Shown: piece by piece, positions 27,962 to 35,470 of the stretch | Position numbering within the stretch: position 1 is the first letter of the stretch | How the letters are laid out: each line of letters begins with the position of its first letter | Source of the DNA: Betaproteobacteria bacterium | Lineage (GTDB): Bacteria > Pseudomonadota > Gammaproteobacteria > Burkholderiales > SG8-39 | Length of the DNA: 36,941 bases | Assembly (NCBI GenBank): GCA_029863065.1 | Contig: JAOTWE010000003.1 | Location: 1 to 36,941, forward strand | Direction: 5' to 3' | The notes under the pieces: generated by a model | Seen by the model: only the letters and a program-made list of their open reading frames with translations | What the model was told of the DNA's origin: nothing | Databases searched by the model: none | Program-made: the position numbers and the translations under genes

Positions 27962-28684
27962 ATGCGTATTGCGATCCTCGAAGACGATCCCGACCAGCTT
28001 GCTCTGCTGAAACGATTTCTCTCCGACCGTGGGCACGACCTGCACGGCTATCTGTGGGGGTGCGAGATCATGCGCGAGGCGGCGCGCGAAAGCTTCGACC
28101 TTTACGTGCTCGACTGGCAGGTCCCCGACGTCTCGGGCATCGACGTATTGCGCTGGATCCGCGGGAACGTCTCGACGACCGTGCCGATCCTATTCGTCAC
28201 GATCCGCGACACGGAAGAGGACATCGTTTTTGCACTCGAAGCCGGTGCCGACGACTACATGATCAAACCCGTGCGCAACCAAGAGCTAAACGCGCGCGTC
28301 AACGCGCTTCAGCGCCGCGCCTACCCGGCGGCCAAAGAGAATCTGATCGCTGCGCCACCATTCGAGATCGACCTGTCGAAAGGGGAGATCCGGCGCGGCG
28401 ATTTGCGGGTCGAACTGACCCCCAAGGAGTTCGACCTCGCGGCCATGCTCTTTCGCAACGTTGGCCGCCTGCTTTCGCGCGGCCATTTGCAGGAGACCGT
28501 CTGGGGGCGAATGGGCGAGCTTGCCACGCGCACCGTCGACACCCACGTCAGCCAGATCCGCAAGAAGCTCGATCTGGACTCGGCGTCGGGCTACAGGATC
28601 GCGCCGATCTACAACTACGGCTATCGTCTCGAGCGTTTGAGCGAATCCGGATCCGGCGCCGCCGTGGGAGTTGCAGCGCGGTAA
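27962..28684 (+). CDS. Orphan OmpR/PhoB-family response regulator
   Basis: ILEDD, LDWQVPDVSG and GADDYMIKP; LTPKEFDL...TRTVDTHVSQIRKKL...YNYGYRL. Confidence 0.92.
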   Translation: MRIAILEDDPDQLALLKRFLSDRGHDLHGYLWGCEIMREAARESFDLYVLDWQVPDVSGIDVLRWIRGNVSTTVPILFVTIRDTEEDIVFALEAGADDYMIKPVRNQELNARVNALQRRAYPAAKENLIAAPPFEIDLSKGEIRRGDLRVELTPKEFDLAAMLFRNVGRLLSRGHLQETVWGRMGELATRTVDTHVSQIRKKLDLDSASGYRIAPIYNYGYRLERLSESGSGAAVGVAAR

Positions 28685-28752
28685 CTGTGGTCTTGCCGGG
28701 GTGACCGCGTCCCGGAAGGCTGAACGACCGCTCCTGGCCGGAAGCAGACGCT

Positions 28753-29073
28753 TCACTCGTAGTGCTTCCGCTCCGCCCGCCTCCTCCCCACCCGCTGCAC
28801 CACACCCCCGCGAATGGTGTAAGGCGGCGTCAGCTCGAAGCTGCCGTACTTGGGATTGAGAGGCTTCAAGAACCGCCGCTCGCCGTCGTACACCAACTGC
28901 CGAAAAAACACATCCCCCGCATACTCCACCACCACGTAACCCCCGTTCTTCGGCGCATACCCCGGATCGACGATGACGACGCAGCCGTCGGCGAACTCCG
29001 GCTCCATGCTGTCCCCGAGCACGCGTAGCGCGTAGGGCTCGAGCGCGCTGCAGCTGCCTTCCACCGTCGCCAC
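28753..29073 (-). CDS. Stand-alone S24-peptidase-like domain protein
   Basis: YALRVLGDSMEPEF.DG.VVIVDP...LKPLNPKY; no HTH; GTG start after GGAGAAG. Confidence 0.78.
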   Translation of the reverse strand: MATVEGSCSALEPYALRVLGDSMEPEFADGCVVIVDPGYAPKNGGYVVVEYAGDVFFRQLVYDGERRFLKPLNPKYGSFELTPPYTIRGGVVQRVGRRRAERKHYE

Positions 29074-29075
29074 GG

Positions 29076-29360
29076 CTACTTCTCCTCCGTAGGCTTGCGC
29101 GGATGCAGCCGCACCACCGACTCCGTACGCGGCTCGTCGACATAGCGCGGCCGCGCCTCCTTCACCCCGCCCGCCGCCTCGGCCAGCTCGCGCTCGCGCG
29201 CGCTGATCAGTGCCAGGCACTGGCGCAGGTCCTCGATGGTCGAGTCCGAAAGCGGATGGCGCATGCCGTGCGGCGTCGCCGTGTCCTTGATCACCGCCGC
29301 GAGCGTCATCTTCACCGCCTGCAGGATGCGCGCCTCGACAGACTGTTGCGGATCGCTCAT
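29076..29360 (-). CDS. Conserved hypothetical small helical protein
   Basis: VIKDTATPHGMRHPLSDSTIEDLRQCLALISARERELAE; tight operon packing. Confidence 0.7.
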   Translation of the reverse strand: MSDPQQSVEARILQAVKMTLAAVIKDTATPHGMRHPLSDSTIEDLRQCLALISARERELAEAAGGVKEARPRYVDEPRTESVVRLHPRKPTEEK

Positions 29361-29367
29361 TAAGGCC

Positions 29368-30042
29368 TCAGATGTCCGACCACATGCGGATCAAATTCAG
29401 GTAAGCCGCGTTCACCTGCGCGGTTTCCTCCGCCTCGGGCGCAGTGGCGAGCAGCTTCTCGCGCGCCAGGTTGAGTCCGTAAAGCAACTCGCGCCGCGCC
29501 GGATCGCGCACCAGGCTCTGCACCCAGGTCACCGCCACCAGCCGCTCGCCCCGCGTCACCGGGCTCACACGATGAATCGTGCTCGCCGGATAGAGCACCG
29601 CGTCGCCCGCCGCGCCCTTCACCTGCTGTTCCCCGGCAACCGTACTCACAACGAGCTCGCCGCCATCGTACTCTTCAGCCGAACTCAGAAACACCGTCAC
29701 CGCGACATCCGACCGGTACAGCACGCCGCCGGTACCCATGATCGGATCGTCGAGATGCTCGCCGTACACCATCCCCGGCCGGTAGCGCGCGTACATCGGG
29801 CTCGCGGCGTGCAAAGGCAGCGCGCCGCCGCGATACGCCGGGTGGCGCGTGAGCGCGCCCATCACCACTCGATCGAGGCGCTCGATCTCCGCCGCGCCGC
29901 GCGCCAGCTCTTCGTTCGCCTTCACGCGCCGCGCGGCGGCGCCGGCCGAAAGCTTGCCGTCTACGAAGGTCGCGTCCGCCAGCAGGCTGCGCGCCAGCTG
30001 CAGCTCGTCGGGCTTGAGGACAGCAGGGATTCTGAGCAGCAT
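29368..30042 (-). CDS. PKHD-type Fe(II)/2OG hydroxylase (PiuC/YbiX-like)
   Basis: FVDGKLSAG..A.RVK.NEE, YGEHLDD, RSD, YDGGEL, YPASTIHRVSPVTRGER and NLIRMW. Confidence 0.9.
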   Translation of the reverse strand: MLLRIPAVLKPDELQLARSLLADATFVDGKLSAGAAARRVKANEELARGAAEIERLDRVVMGALTRHPAYRGGALPLHAASPMYARYRPGMVYGEHLDDPIMGTGGVLYRSDVAVTVFLSSAEEYDGGELVVSTVAGEQQVKGAAGDAVLYPASTIHRVSPVTRGERLVAVTWVQSLVRDPARRELLYGLNLAREKLLATAPEAEETAQVNAAYLNLIRMWSDI

Positions 30043-30048
30043 TCGGCC

Positions 30049-30642
30049 TCAGGCGAAACAGACCCAGGTGGTGGCAATGTACTTGACGCCCTTCTCCAGC
30101 GTGACGCCGCGATGCACGTGGGTCCAGAACGGCGGAAACAAAAGGAGCTTCCCCTGCGCCGGCCGCACCAGAACCTCCTGCAGCGGAAACTCCGTCTCGC
30201 CGCCCGGCCCCGGAACGTCGTTCAGGTACCAGATGGCGACCATCTGCCGCGAGCTGAACTCCCCCGGCCCCGCGTCGACGTGCCAATGGTAGTACTCCCC
30301 CGGCAGGGTGCGCTGCAGGTTGTAGCCGATGTCCTTGAACTTGTTGGCGGCGAAGAAGGGAAACTCCAGCGCGAAGGCATTGAAGCTAGACACGAGCTGC
30401 TGCGAAAGAATCCGGTCGATGTCGCGCCACTCGTCGCGCCCGCTGATGCGCAGGTCGGTCGAGCGCTTGACCTGCGGCGCGATCTCGCCCGCCTGGCCGA
30501 TCCGCCCCGGCGCCTGCTGGTCGACGGAGGCCTCGAAGCGCCGGATCGCCTCCAGGCACACGTCCGCCGGCAGCGCGCGCTCCTTCTCGTAGATGAAGCT
30601 CAAGGGCTTCACCTCGCGAATGCGCGCGTCGGCGAGCGCCAT
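30049..30642 (-). CDS. 2OG-Fe(II) oxygenase (prolyl-4-hydroxylase-like)
   Basis: YHWHVD, YLNDV..GGETEF and FPPFWTHVHRG...KYIATTW. Confidence 0.88.
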   Translation of the reverse strand: MALADARIREVKPLSFIYEKERALPADVCLEAIRRFEASVDQQAPGRIGQAGEIAPQVKRSTDLRISGRDEWRDIDRILSQQLVSSFNAFALEFPFFAANKFKDIGYNLQRTLPGEYYHWHVDAGPGEFSSRQMVAIWYLNDVPGPGGETEFPLQEVLVRPAQGKLLLFPPFWTHVHRGVTLEKGVKYIATTWVCFA

Positions 30643-30645
30643 CGC

Positions 30646-30969
30646 CTAGGCGTAGAGCAGCTCGGTGTTCTGCATCTCGCCGGCGGCGTCGATGTCGACG
30701 CCCACCGCCCCCGGCATGCGCAGCACGATGTAGCCGGCCATCAGCATGGCCGTCGCCTCGTTGCCCGTGGTCAGGCTGCTGAGCAGCCGGTCGGCGACGA
30801 TCTGGCAGCGCTGCAGCCGGTCGGGGCGCTCGACGAACTCGCGGCTCATCTGCCAGCCGCGGTCCATGTCGCGGTCGAGCTTGTCGTGGAACCCGGCCGA
30901 GTCGCGCAGCAGGTCGTCGGGGAGCTCGATGGCGTAGACCTGCTCGCCGATGACGACCTTGAATTGCAT
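30646..30969 (-). CDS. Conserved hypothetical protein
   Basis: KLDRDMDRGWQMSR...RCQIVADRLL; host-like codon usage; first gene of the operon. Confidence 0.7.
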   Translation of the reverse strand: MQFKVVIGEQVYAIELPDDLLRDSAGFHDKLDRDMDRGWQMSREFVERPDRLQRCQIVADRLLSSLTTGNEATAMLMAGYIVLRMPGAVGVDIDAAGEMQNTELLYA

Positions 30970-31004
30970 AATATCGATTCGGCCCAAAGTTTACAGGAGC
31001 ACGC

Positions 31005-31205
31005 ATGACGAACACCCCCTACTACGACGCCATCGACCAGATGCAGAAGAAGCACGTCGACCCCGAGTACATCAACGGCTGGGCGTCGGGCTTCCTGCAC
31101 AACCCCAAGCGCGAGGAGCAGCGCGTCAACGAAGCCTACGAAGCCGGCTACGCGGCCGGCATGGAGAAGAAGAAAGGCGGCTTCGAGGCCTGGATCAGGA
31201 AGTAG
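31005..31205 (+). CDS. Small protein resembling the Alvin_2107-type sulfur-globule oxidation family
   Basis: YYDAIDQM...VDPEYINGWASGFLHNPKREEQRVNEAYEAGY; AGGAG RBS; family assignment from memory. Confidence 0.72.
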   Translation: MTNTPYYDAIDQMQKKHVDPEYINGWASGFLHNPKREEQRVNEAYEAGYAAGMEKKKGGFEAWIRK

Positions 31206-31626
31206 CGCGCTCGGCGAGCGCGCGCCACTTCGCGGCTTCGGCGGCGTCGGCGCCGACCCCGAGGCCCTTCTCGTACATCGTCGCGAGCATCGATTGCGAG
31301 CCGGCGAGCCCCTGCTCGGCGGCCAACCGGAACCAGCGCGCCGCTTCGGCGTGGTCGGCCTTGGTGCATTCGCCCTGGAAGTACATGAAGCCCAGGCCGT
31401 GCTGCGCCGGCCCATGACCCTGCTCGGCGGCGGCGCGCATCCACTTCACCGCGTTCGCGCAGTTCTTCACCACCCCCAGGCCGACCTGCGCCATGATCGC
31501 GACGCGGTACTGCGCCTCGGCGCTGCCGCGTTCGGCGAGCGGCTGCAGCAGCTGCAGGGCGCGCGCGAACTCCTTCGCCTCGAAGGCGGCGACGCCGCTC
31601 GCCATCTCCATATCCAGTCCTGACAT
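31195..31626 (-). CDS. Sel1-like repeat protein
   Basis: AQYRVA...AVKWMRAAAEQG, AQHGLGFMY...WFRLAAEQG and LATMYEKGLGV repeats. Confidence 0.88.
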   Translation of the reverse strand: MSGLDMEMASGVAAFEAKEFARALQLLQPLAERGSAEAQYRVAIMAQVGLGVVKNCANAVKWMRAAAEQGHGPAQHGLGFMYFQGECTKADHAEAARWFRLAAEQGLAGSQSMLATMYEKGLGVGADAAEAAKWRALAERATS

Positions 31627-31655
31627 GATGGGCTCCCGCGTCTATTATCCCCTGC

Positions 31656-32264
31656 ATGGCCATCCTCAGCAGCCGCCCGCAGATTGCGCTGGTCAAAACG
31701 CGCTGGCGCAAGAAGGGCGAGCGCACGCTCGCCGAGCGCGCCGGCGTCATCGGCGCCAACGTCTGGAAGATCGCGCTCGAGATCTTCAGGCACATGGAAA
31801 AGGAAGGCTTCCGCTTCGGCTCGGATCGGATGACGACCGAGGTGATCACCGAGTTCATCGCCTTTCTCGTCCAGCTCGCCGACCGCGCGGTGTACGGCAA
31901 ACTGAGCGAGGCCGAGCGTGCCGCGCTCATCGGCGAGGTGGTCCGGCACCTCGCGGCGACCATGGAGAACAATCAGCGCGACCTCGTCGGGCCCGGGGAA
32001 TACTGCAAGCCCTTCATCGACCGGCTCAACGAGCGCTTCGCGGAGTACGCCGGCTTCGAGTACCGCGGCGCGGAGCCGGGCTATCCCTGCCTGCGCTTTT
32101 TCGCCACCAAAGTCGCCGATGCCATGGCGGGCGGCGACAACAAGTGGGTGGTCGAGCAGATAATGGACATCGAGGCGCCGGAGATGGTGCGCCTCGTCGC
32201 GAAGCTCATCGAGCAGACGGTGGCAGCAGGGACGCCAGTGCCGCCTCGCGCGCAGCCGGGTTGA
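31656..32264 (+). CDS. Conserved hypothetical protein
   Basis: 202 aa ORF with host-like codon bias and a helical, protein-like composition. Confidence 0.7.
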   Translation: MAILSSRPQIALVKTRWRKKGERTLAERAGVIGANVWKIALEIFRHMEKEGFRFGSDRMTTEVITEFIAFLVQLADRAVYGKLSEAERAALIGEVVRHLAATMENNQRDLVGPGEYCKPFIDRLNERFAEYAGFEYRGAEPGYPCLRFFATKVADAMAGGDNKWVVEQIMDIEAPEMVRLVAKLIEQTVAAGTPVPPRAQPG

Positions 32265-33240
32265 GCGCGAGCAGGCCGCGCGCGCACTCCAGCCAGCGCT
32301 CTTTGCCCTCGCCCACGATGTGCCGCAGCCGCTCGAAGGAGCCGCAGCGCACATAATCCTCATAGGCCTCCAGCGCCTGCGGGAACAGCTGGCGGCGTGG
32401 CGCATCGAAGGTGGCGAAGTAGAAGTGCAGCGCCGGCAGGTTGGCGCGCTCGATGAGGCCCGGCAGCGTCGAGAGGCAGTCGGCCAGGAGGTCGCGCACG
32501 GCGCGTGCCACCGGCTCGTGGTGCGTGCGCGATAGCGAGAGCGCCATTTCGCCCCAGGCCTCGCCGAGCATCTCGCCCGCCATCGCCTCCCCGACCTCGT
32601 GCAGGATCATGGTCTCCATCTCGTGGTCGGCCATGCGCGCGAGCGCGCTTTCCGGGTCGGCGATGAAATCGTAGTGCGCCAGGGCGTGCGCCATGGGACC
32701 GCCCTGCTTGCGCCACTGCCACTCCTCGATCCTTTCCCACAGGTAGCGGCGCACCGACTCCAGGCGCACGAAGATGGTCCGCCCCTGCAGCATCGCCGGC
32801 GGCGCGGCGAGCTCGCGCGCGTACTCGCAGGAGGAGATGCGGATCGTGAAGCCGGCGCGCTCCTCTACGCGCAGCAGCTTGCCGAGGAAGAACATCGGCT
32901 TTTGCATGCGCCCGTAGCCCGCGCTGTAGACGCAGCCTTGCGGCAGCAGCTCGCGGTTGGCGGTTTCGGCATCGAACGGGTCGAGCGCGCCTGCGTGAAG
33001 CGGCAGCGGCGCGAATTGCTCGGCCTCGATCCGGTCCCAAGCCTGCTCGCGCGTCTTCAGCCAGTCGCCCAGTTCCTCCTTGGGCAGCGCGCGCGCGAAC
33101 GGCAGCTCGTTCTCCCAGCGGTAGTACTCGCGCATCTTCAGGAGAAAGGTGCACAGGCCATAGTCGCCCGCGTGGCGCGCATCGGAGATGTCGCAATTGC
33201 GCTGCACCACGCTCGCCAGTTGCGGAAGATTGCGCATCAT
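32206..33240 (-). CDS. Hypothetical protein (Sfum_1244-like family)
   Basis: VQRNCDISDA..AG.YGLC..LLKMREYYRWE, SAGYG, ILHEVGE and RAVRDLLADC; family name from memory. Confidence 0.7.
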   Translation of the reverse strand: MMRNLPQLASVVQRNCDISDARHAGDYGLCTFLLKMREYYRWENELPFARALPKEELGDWLKTREQAWDRIEAEQFAPLPLHAGALDPFDAETANRELLPQGCVYSAGYGRMQKPMFFLGKLLRVEERAGFTIRISSCEYARELAAPPAMLQGRTIFVRLESVRRYLWERIEEWQWRKQGGPMAHALAHYDFIADPESALARMADHEMETMILHEVGEAMAGEMLGEAWGEMALSLSRTHHEPVARAVRDLLADCLSTLPGLIERANLPALHFYFATFDAPRRQLFPQALEAYEDYVRCGSFERLRHIVGEGKERWLECARGLLALNPAAREAALASLLPPSAR

Positions 33241-33288
33241 CTTGGGGCGGTTATACTTACTTTAGCATCGCTTCGTTTGCCCGCCGGT

Positions 33289-33777
33289 ATGGCCAAGTCC
33301 ACCCGCCCGAAGGCCCACGTCACGCTCGACATGAAGGGCGCCGCCTGCCCCGGGCCCATGCTCGGCGCGCGCCGAGTGCTCGACGGGTTGCTCGCGGGAG
33401 AAGTGCTGCTGCTGATTTCCGACTGCCCGGCGACCCGCGACGACCTGCATTCCTGGCCCAAGTATGCCGACGTCGAAATCCTGAAGATCGAGAAACGGGC
33501 ACGGGGCGGGACCGCGTATTACATCCGCAAGGGCAAGGCGCGGCGCATCTCGCCCAACGCCGTTCTCGACATGCGCGGCGCCACCTGTCCGGGCCCCGTC
33601 ATCGAGGCGAAGAAGCTGCTCAACGGCCTGCGCAAAGGCGAAGTGCTGCAGCTCGTCAGCGATTGCCCCGGCATCCGCGCGGACGTGCGCAGCTGGGTGA
33701 AGGCGACCGGCCTGGAACTGGCCGATGCGCGCGAGAGCGCGCCGGGCGAGTACGTGTTCCATATCCGCAAGCGCTGA
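33289..33777 (+). CDS. Tandem TusA/SirA-domain sulfurtransferase
   Basis: Two repeats: LDMKGAACPGP...SDCP and LDMRGATCPGP...SDCP. Confidence 0.88.
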   Translation: MAKSTRPKAHVTLDMKGAACPGPMLGARRVLDGLLAGEVLLLISDCPATRDDLHSWPKYADVEILKIEKRARGGTAYYIRKGKARRISPNAVLDMRGATCPGPVIEAKKLLNGLRKGEVLQLVSDCPGIRADVRSWVKATGLELADARESAPGEYVFHIRKR

Positions 33778-33801
33778 CGCGGAATCCTGGAGGATCACGA
33801 C

Positions 33802-34167
33802 ATGACCAGCCTGATGGATGAGCTCATCGGCAAGGGCGACGCCGCAAAGGACCCCCGGTTTCCGCATGCGCCGGCGGGCTGGACGGCGGCGCTCGCCGCG
33901 GAGACCGCGCGGCGCGAAGGCCTCGAGCTCGGCGAGGAGCATTGGGAGGCGCTGCGCGCGCTGCATGAGTACTACGCGAGGCACGAAGCCGCCGCCGTCA
34001 ATCTGCGCGAGCTGCACGATGCCCTGGAGGAGAAGTTCCACCGCCAGGGCGGCATCAAGCGCCTCTATCTGCTCTTTCCCGGCGGCCCCGTGGCGCAAGG
34101 CTGCCGCATCGCGGGGCTCAAGGCGCCGGCGGGCGCCACCGACAAGGGGTTCGGCAGCGTCGCCTAG
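33802..34167 (+). CDS. DsrC/TusE-family paralogue with only the internal Cys
   Basis: EGLELGEEHW...LFPGGPVAQGCRIAGL; ends DKGFGSVA; GGAGG RBS. Confidence 0.85.
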   Translation: MTSLMDELIGKGDAAKDPRFPHAPAGWTAALAAETARREGLELGEEHWEALRALHEYYARHEAAAVNLRELHDALEEKFHRQGGIKRLYLLFPGGPVAQGCRIAGLKAPAGATDKGFGSVA

Positions 34168-34182
34168 CGGCCGCGCAAGCGG

Positions 34183-34410
34183 CTACTTGCGCTTCAGGAA
34201 GAAGACGAATTCCTTTTCCGCCTCGGCCTGCTGCAGCAGGTCGTTGCCGGTCTGCTTGGCGAACGCCTGGAAGTCCTTCACCGACCCGGGGTCGGTGGCG
34301 ACAATCTTGAGCACCTGCCCCGACTGCATGTCGGTGAGCGCCTTCTTCGCGCGCAGGATGGGAAGCGGGCAGTTCAGCCCGCGGGCGTCGAGTTCTTTGT
34401 CGAAGTTCAT
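34183..34410 (-). CDS. tusA: TusA sulfur carrier
   Basis: LDARGLNCPLPILRAKKAL...ATDPGSVKDF. Confidence 0.95.
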   Translation of the reverse strand: MNFDKELDARGLNCPLPILRAKKALTDMQSGQVLKIVATDPGSVKDFQAFAKQTGNDLLQQAEAEKEFVFFLKRK

Positions 34411-34444
34411 GGGCAAATCCTAATCGTTCAGTCCGTCAAAGTCA

Positions 34445-34720
34445 TCAGCCGAAGCGCGCCAGCAGCTCGGCCACTTCCTCGGCGTGCGCGCGGCGCGCCT
34501 TTTCGCCCGAAAACGGCTCCTGCCGGATCATGCAGGACACCATCTCGTAGAAGGCGCGGTCGAGCGCCTTGCGCGCGGCGGCGAGCTGCTGGGCGATGTC
34601 GCCGCAGGGCTCGTCCTCCGCGATCATGCGGCGCACCGCCCGCACCTGGCCCTCGATGCGCGCCAGGCGCACGTCCATCGCCTTCTTGGCTTCCGCGTCG
34701 TGCATGGTCGGCTTGGGCAT
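34445..34720 (-). CDS. CsoR/RcnR-family repressor (CstR-like)
   Basis: RLARIEGQVRAVRRMI...PCGDIAQQLAAARKAL...MVSC. Confidence 0.88.
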   Translation of the reverse strand: MPKPTMHDAEAKKAMDVRLARIEGQVRAVRRMIAEDEPCGDIAQQLAAARKALDRAFYEMVSCMIRQEPFSGEKARRAHAEEVAELLARFG

Positions 34721-34730
34721 GCGCGGCAAT

Positions 34731-34746
34731 ATACACCGCCGGGTAT
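34731..34746. promoter_or_regulatory. CsoR-type operator candidate 1
   Basis: ATAC-ACCGCCGG-GTAT inverted repeat around a GC core, about 10 bp upstream of the repressor start. Confidence 0.6.
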
Positions 34747-34821
34747 GCGGGCGCCTTGCGCCGTATGATGCGCTGCCGCATAAAGGATTTCCTCGCCACC
34801 ATCAGGGGAAATACTTGGCGC

Positions 34822-34838
34822 ATACTCCCACCCAGTAT
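34822..34838. promoter_or_regulatory. CsoR/RcnR-type operator candidate 2
   Basis: ATACT-CCCACCC-AGTAT, resembling the RcnR TACT-G-tract-AGTA architecture, upstream of dsrE2. Confidence 0.68.
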
Positions 34839-34862
34839 TAGTCTGCCGTCAAAGGAGTATCC

Positions 34863-35459
34863 ATGTCCGACGCATCTGATCTCGACCGTCTCATCAACGA
34901 GCGCCTCGACGCGCTGCTGCCGAAGAAGCTCGCCGAGCTGCGCGCGAAGCAGACGCCCTCGATGACCATCATTGCGACGAAGGGCACGCTCGACTGGGCC
35001 TATCCGCCCTTCATTCTCGCCTCCACCGCGTCCGCGCTCGGCTGGAACGTCTCCATGTTCTTCACGTTCTACGGCCTCAACCTGCTGAAGAAGGATCTGG
35101 GCGACCTGAAGGTGAGCCCGCTCGGCAACCCCGGCATGCCGATGAAGATGCCCTTCGGCCCGGAGTGGTTCAAGCACATCAACTGGAACATCCCGAACGC
35201 CGTTCAGGCCATCGTGCCCGGGTTCGAAAGCATGGCGACGACGCTCATGAAGCAGACCATCCACAACAAGGGCGTGGCCGGCGTCGAAGAGTTGCGCAGC
35301 GCCTGCGTCGAGGGCGGCGTGATCCTGATCGGCTGCCAGATGACGGTCGACCTGTTCGGTTATTCGCGCGACGATTTCATGCCGGAAGTGAAGGACTACG
35401 TCGGCGCCGCGACGTTCCTGCCGATGGCGCGCGACGCGGATGTGAGCCTGTTTATCTGA
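34863..35459 (+). CDS. dsrE2: DsrE2-like sulfurtransferase
   Basis: IATKGTLDWAYPPFILASTA, FFTFYGL, GCQMTVDLF and GAATF. Confidence 0.88.
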   Translation: MSDASDLDRLINERLDALLPKKLAELRAKQTPSMTIIATKGTLDWAYPPFILASTASALGWNVSMFFTFYGLNLLKKDLGDLKVSPLGNPGMPMKMPFGPEWFKHINWNIPNAVQAIVPGFESMATTLMKQTIHNKGVAGVEELRSACVEGGVILIGCQMTVDLFGYSRDDFMPEVKDYVGAATFLPMARDADVSLFI

Positions 35460-35470
35460 GAGGGGAAATC

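Noticed and set aside
22786-28752. CRISPR array near cas6
   Set aside because: No regularly spaced 25-40 bp direct repeats were seen by eye; intergenic gaps are short or non-repetitive
32206-33240. Possible dsrS
   Set aside because: Similar size, but not adjacent to dsrR and no DsrS features I could recognise
34170-34183. GCCGC-GCAA-GCGGC hairpin between convergent genes as a terminator
   Set aside because: Short stem with no U-tract on either strand
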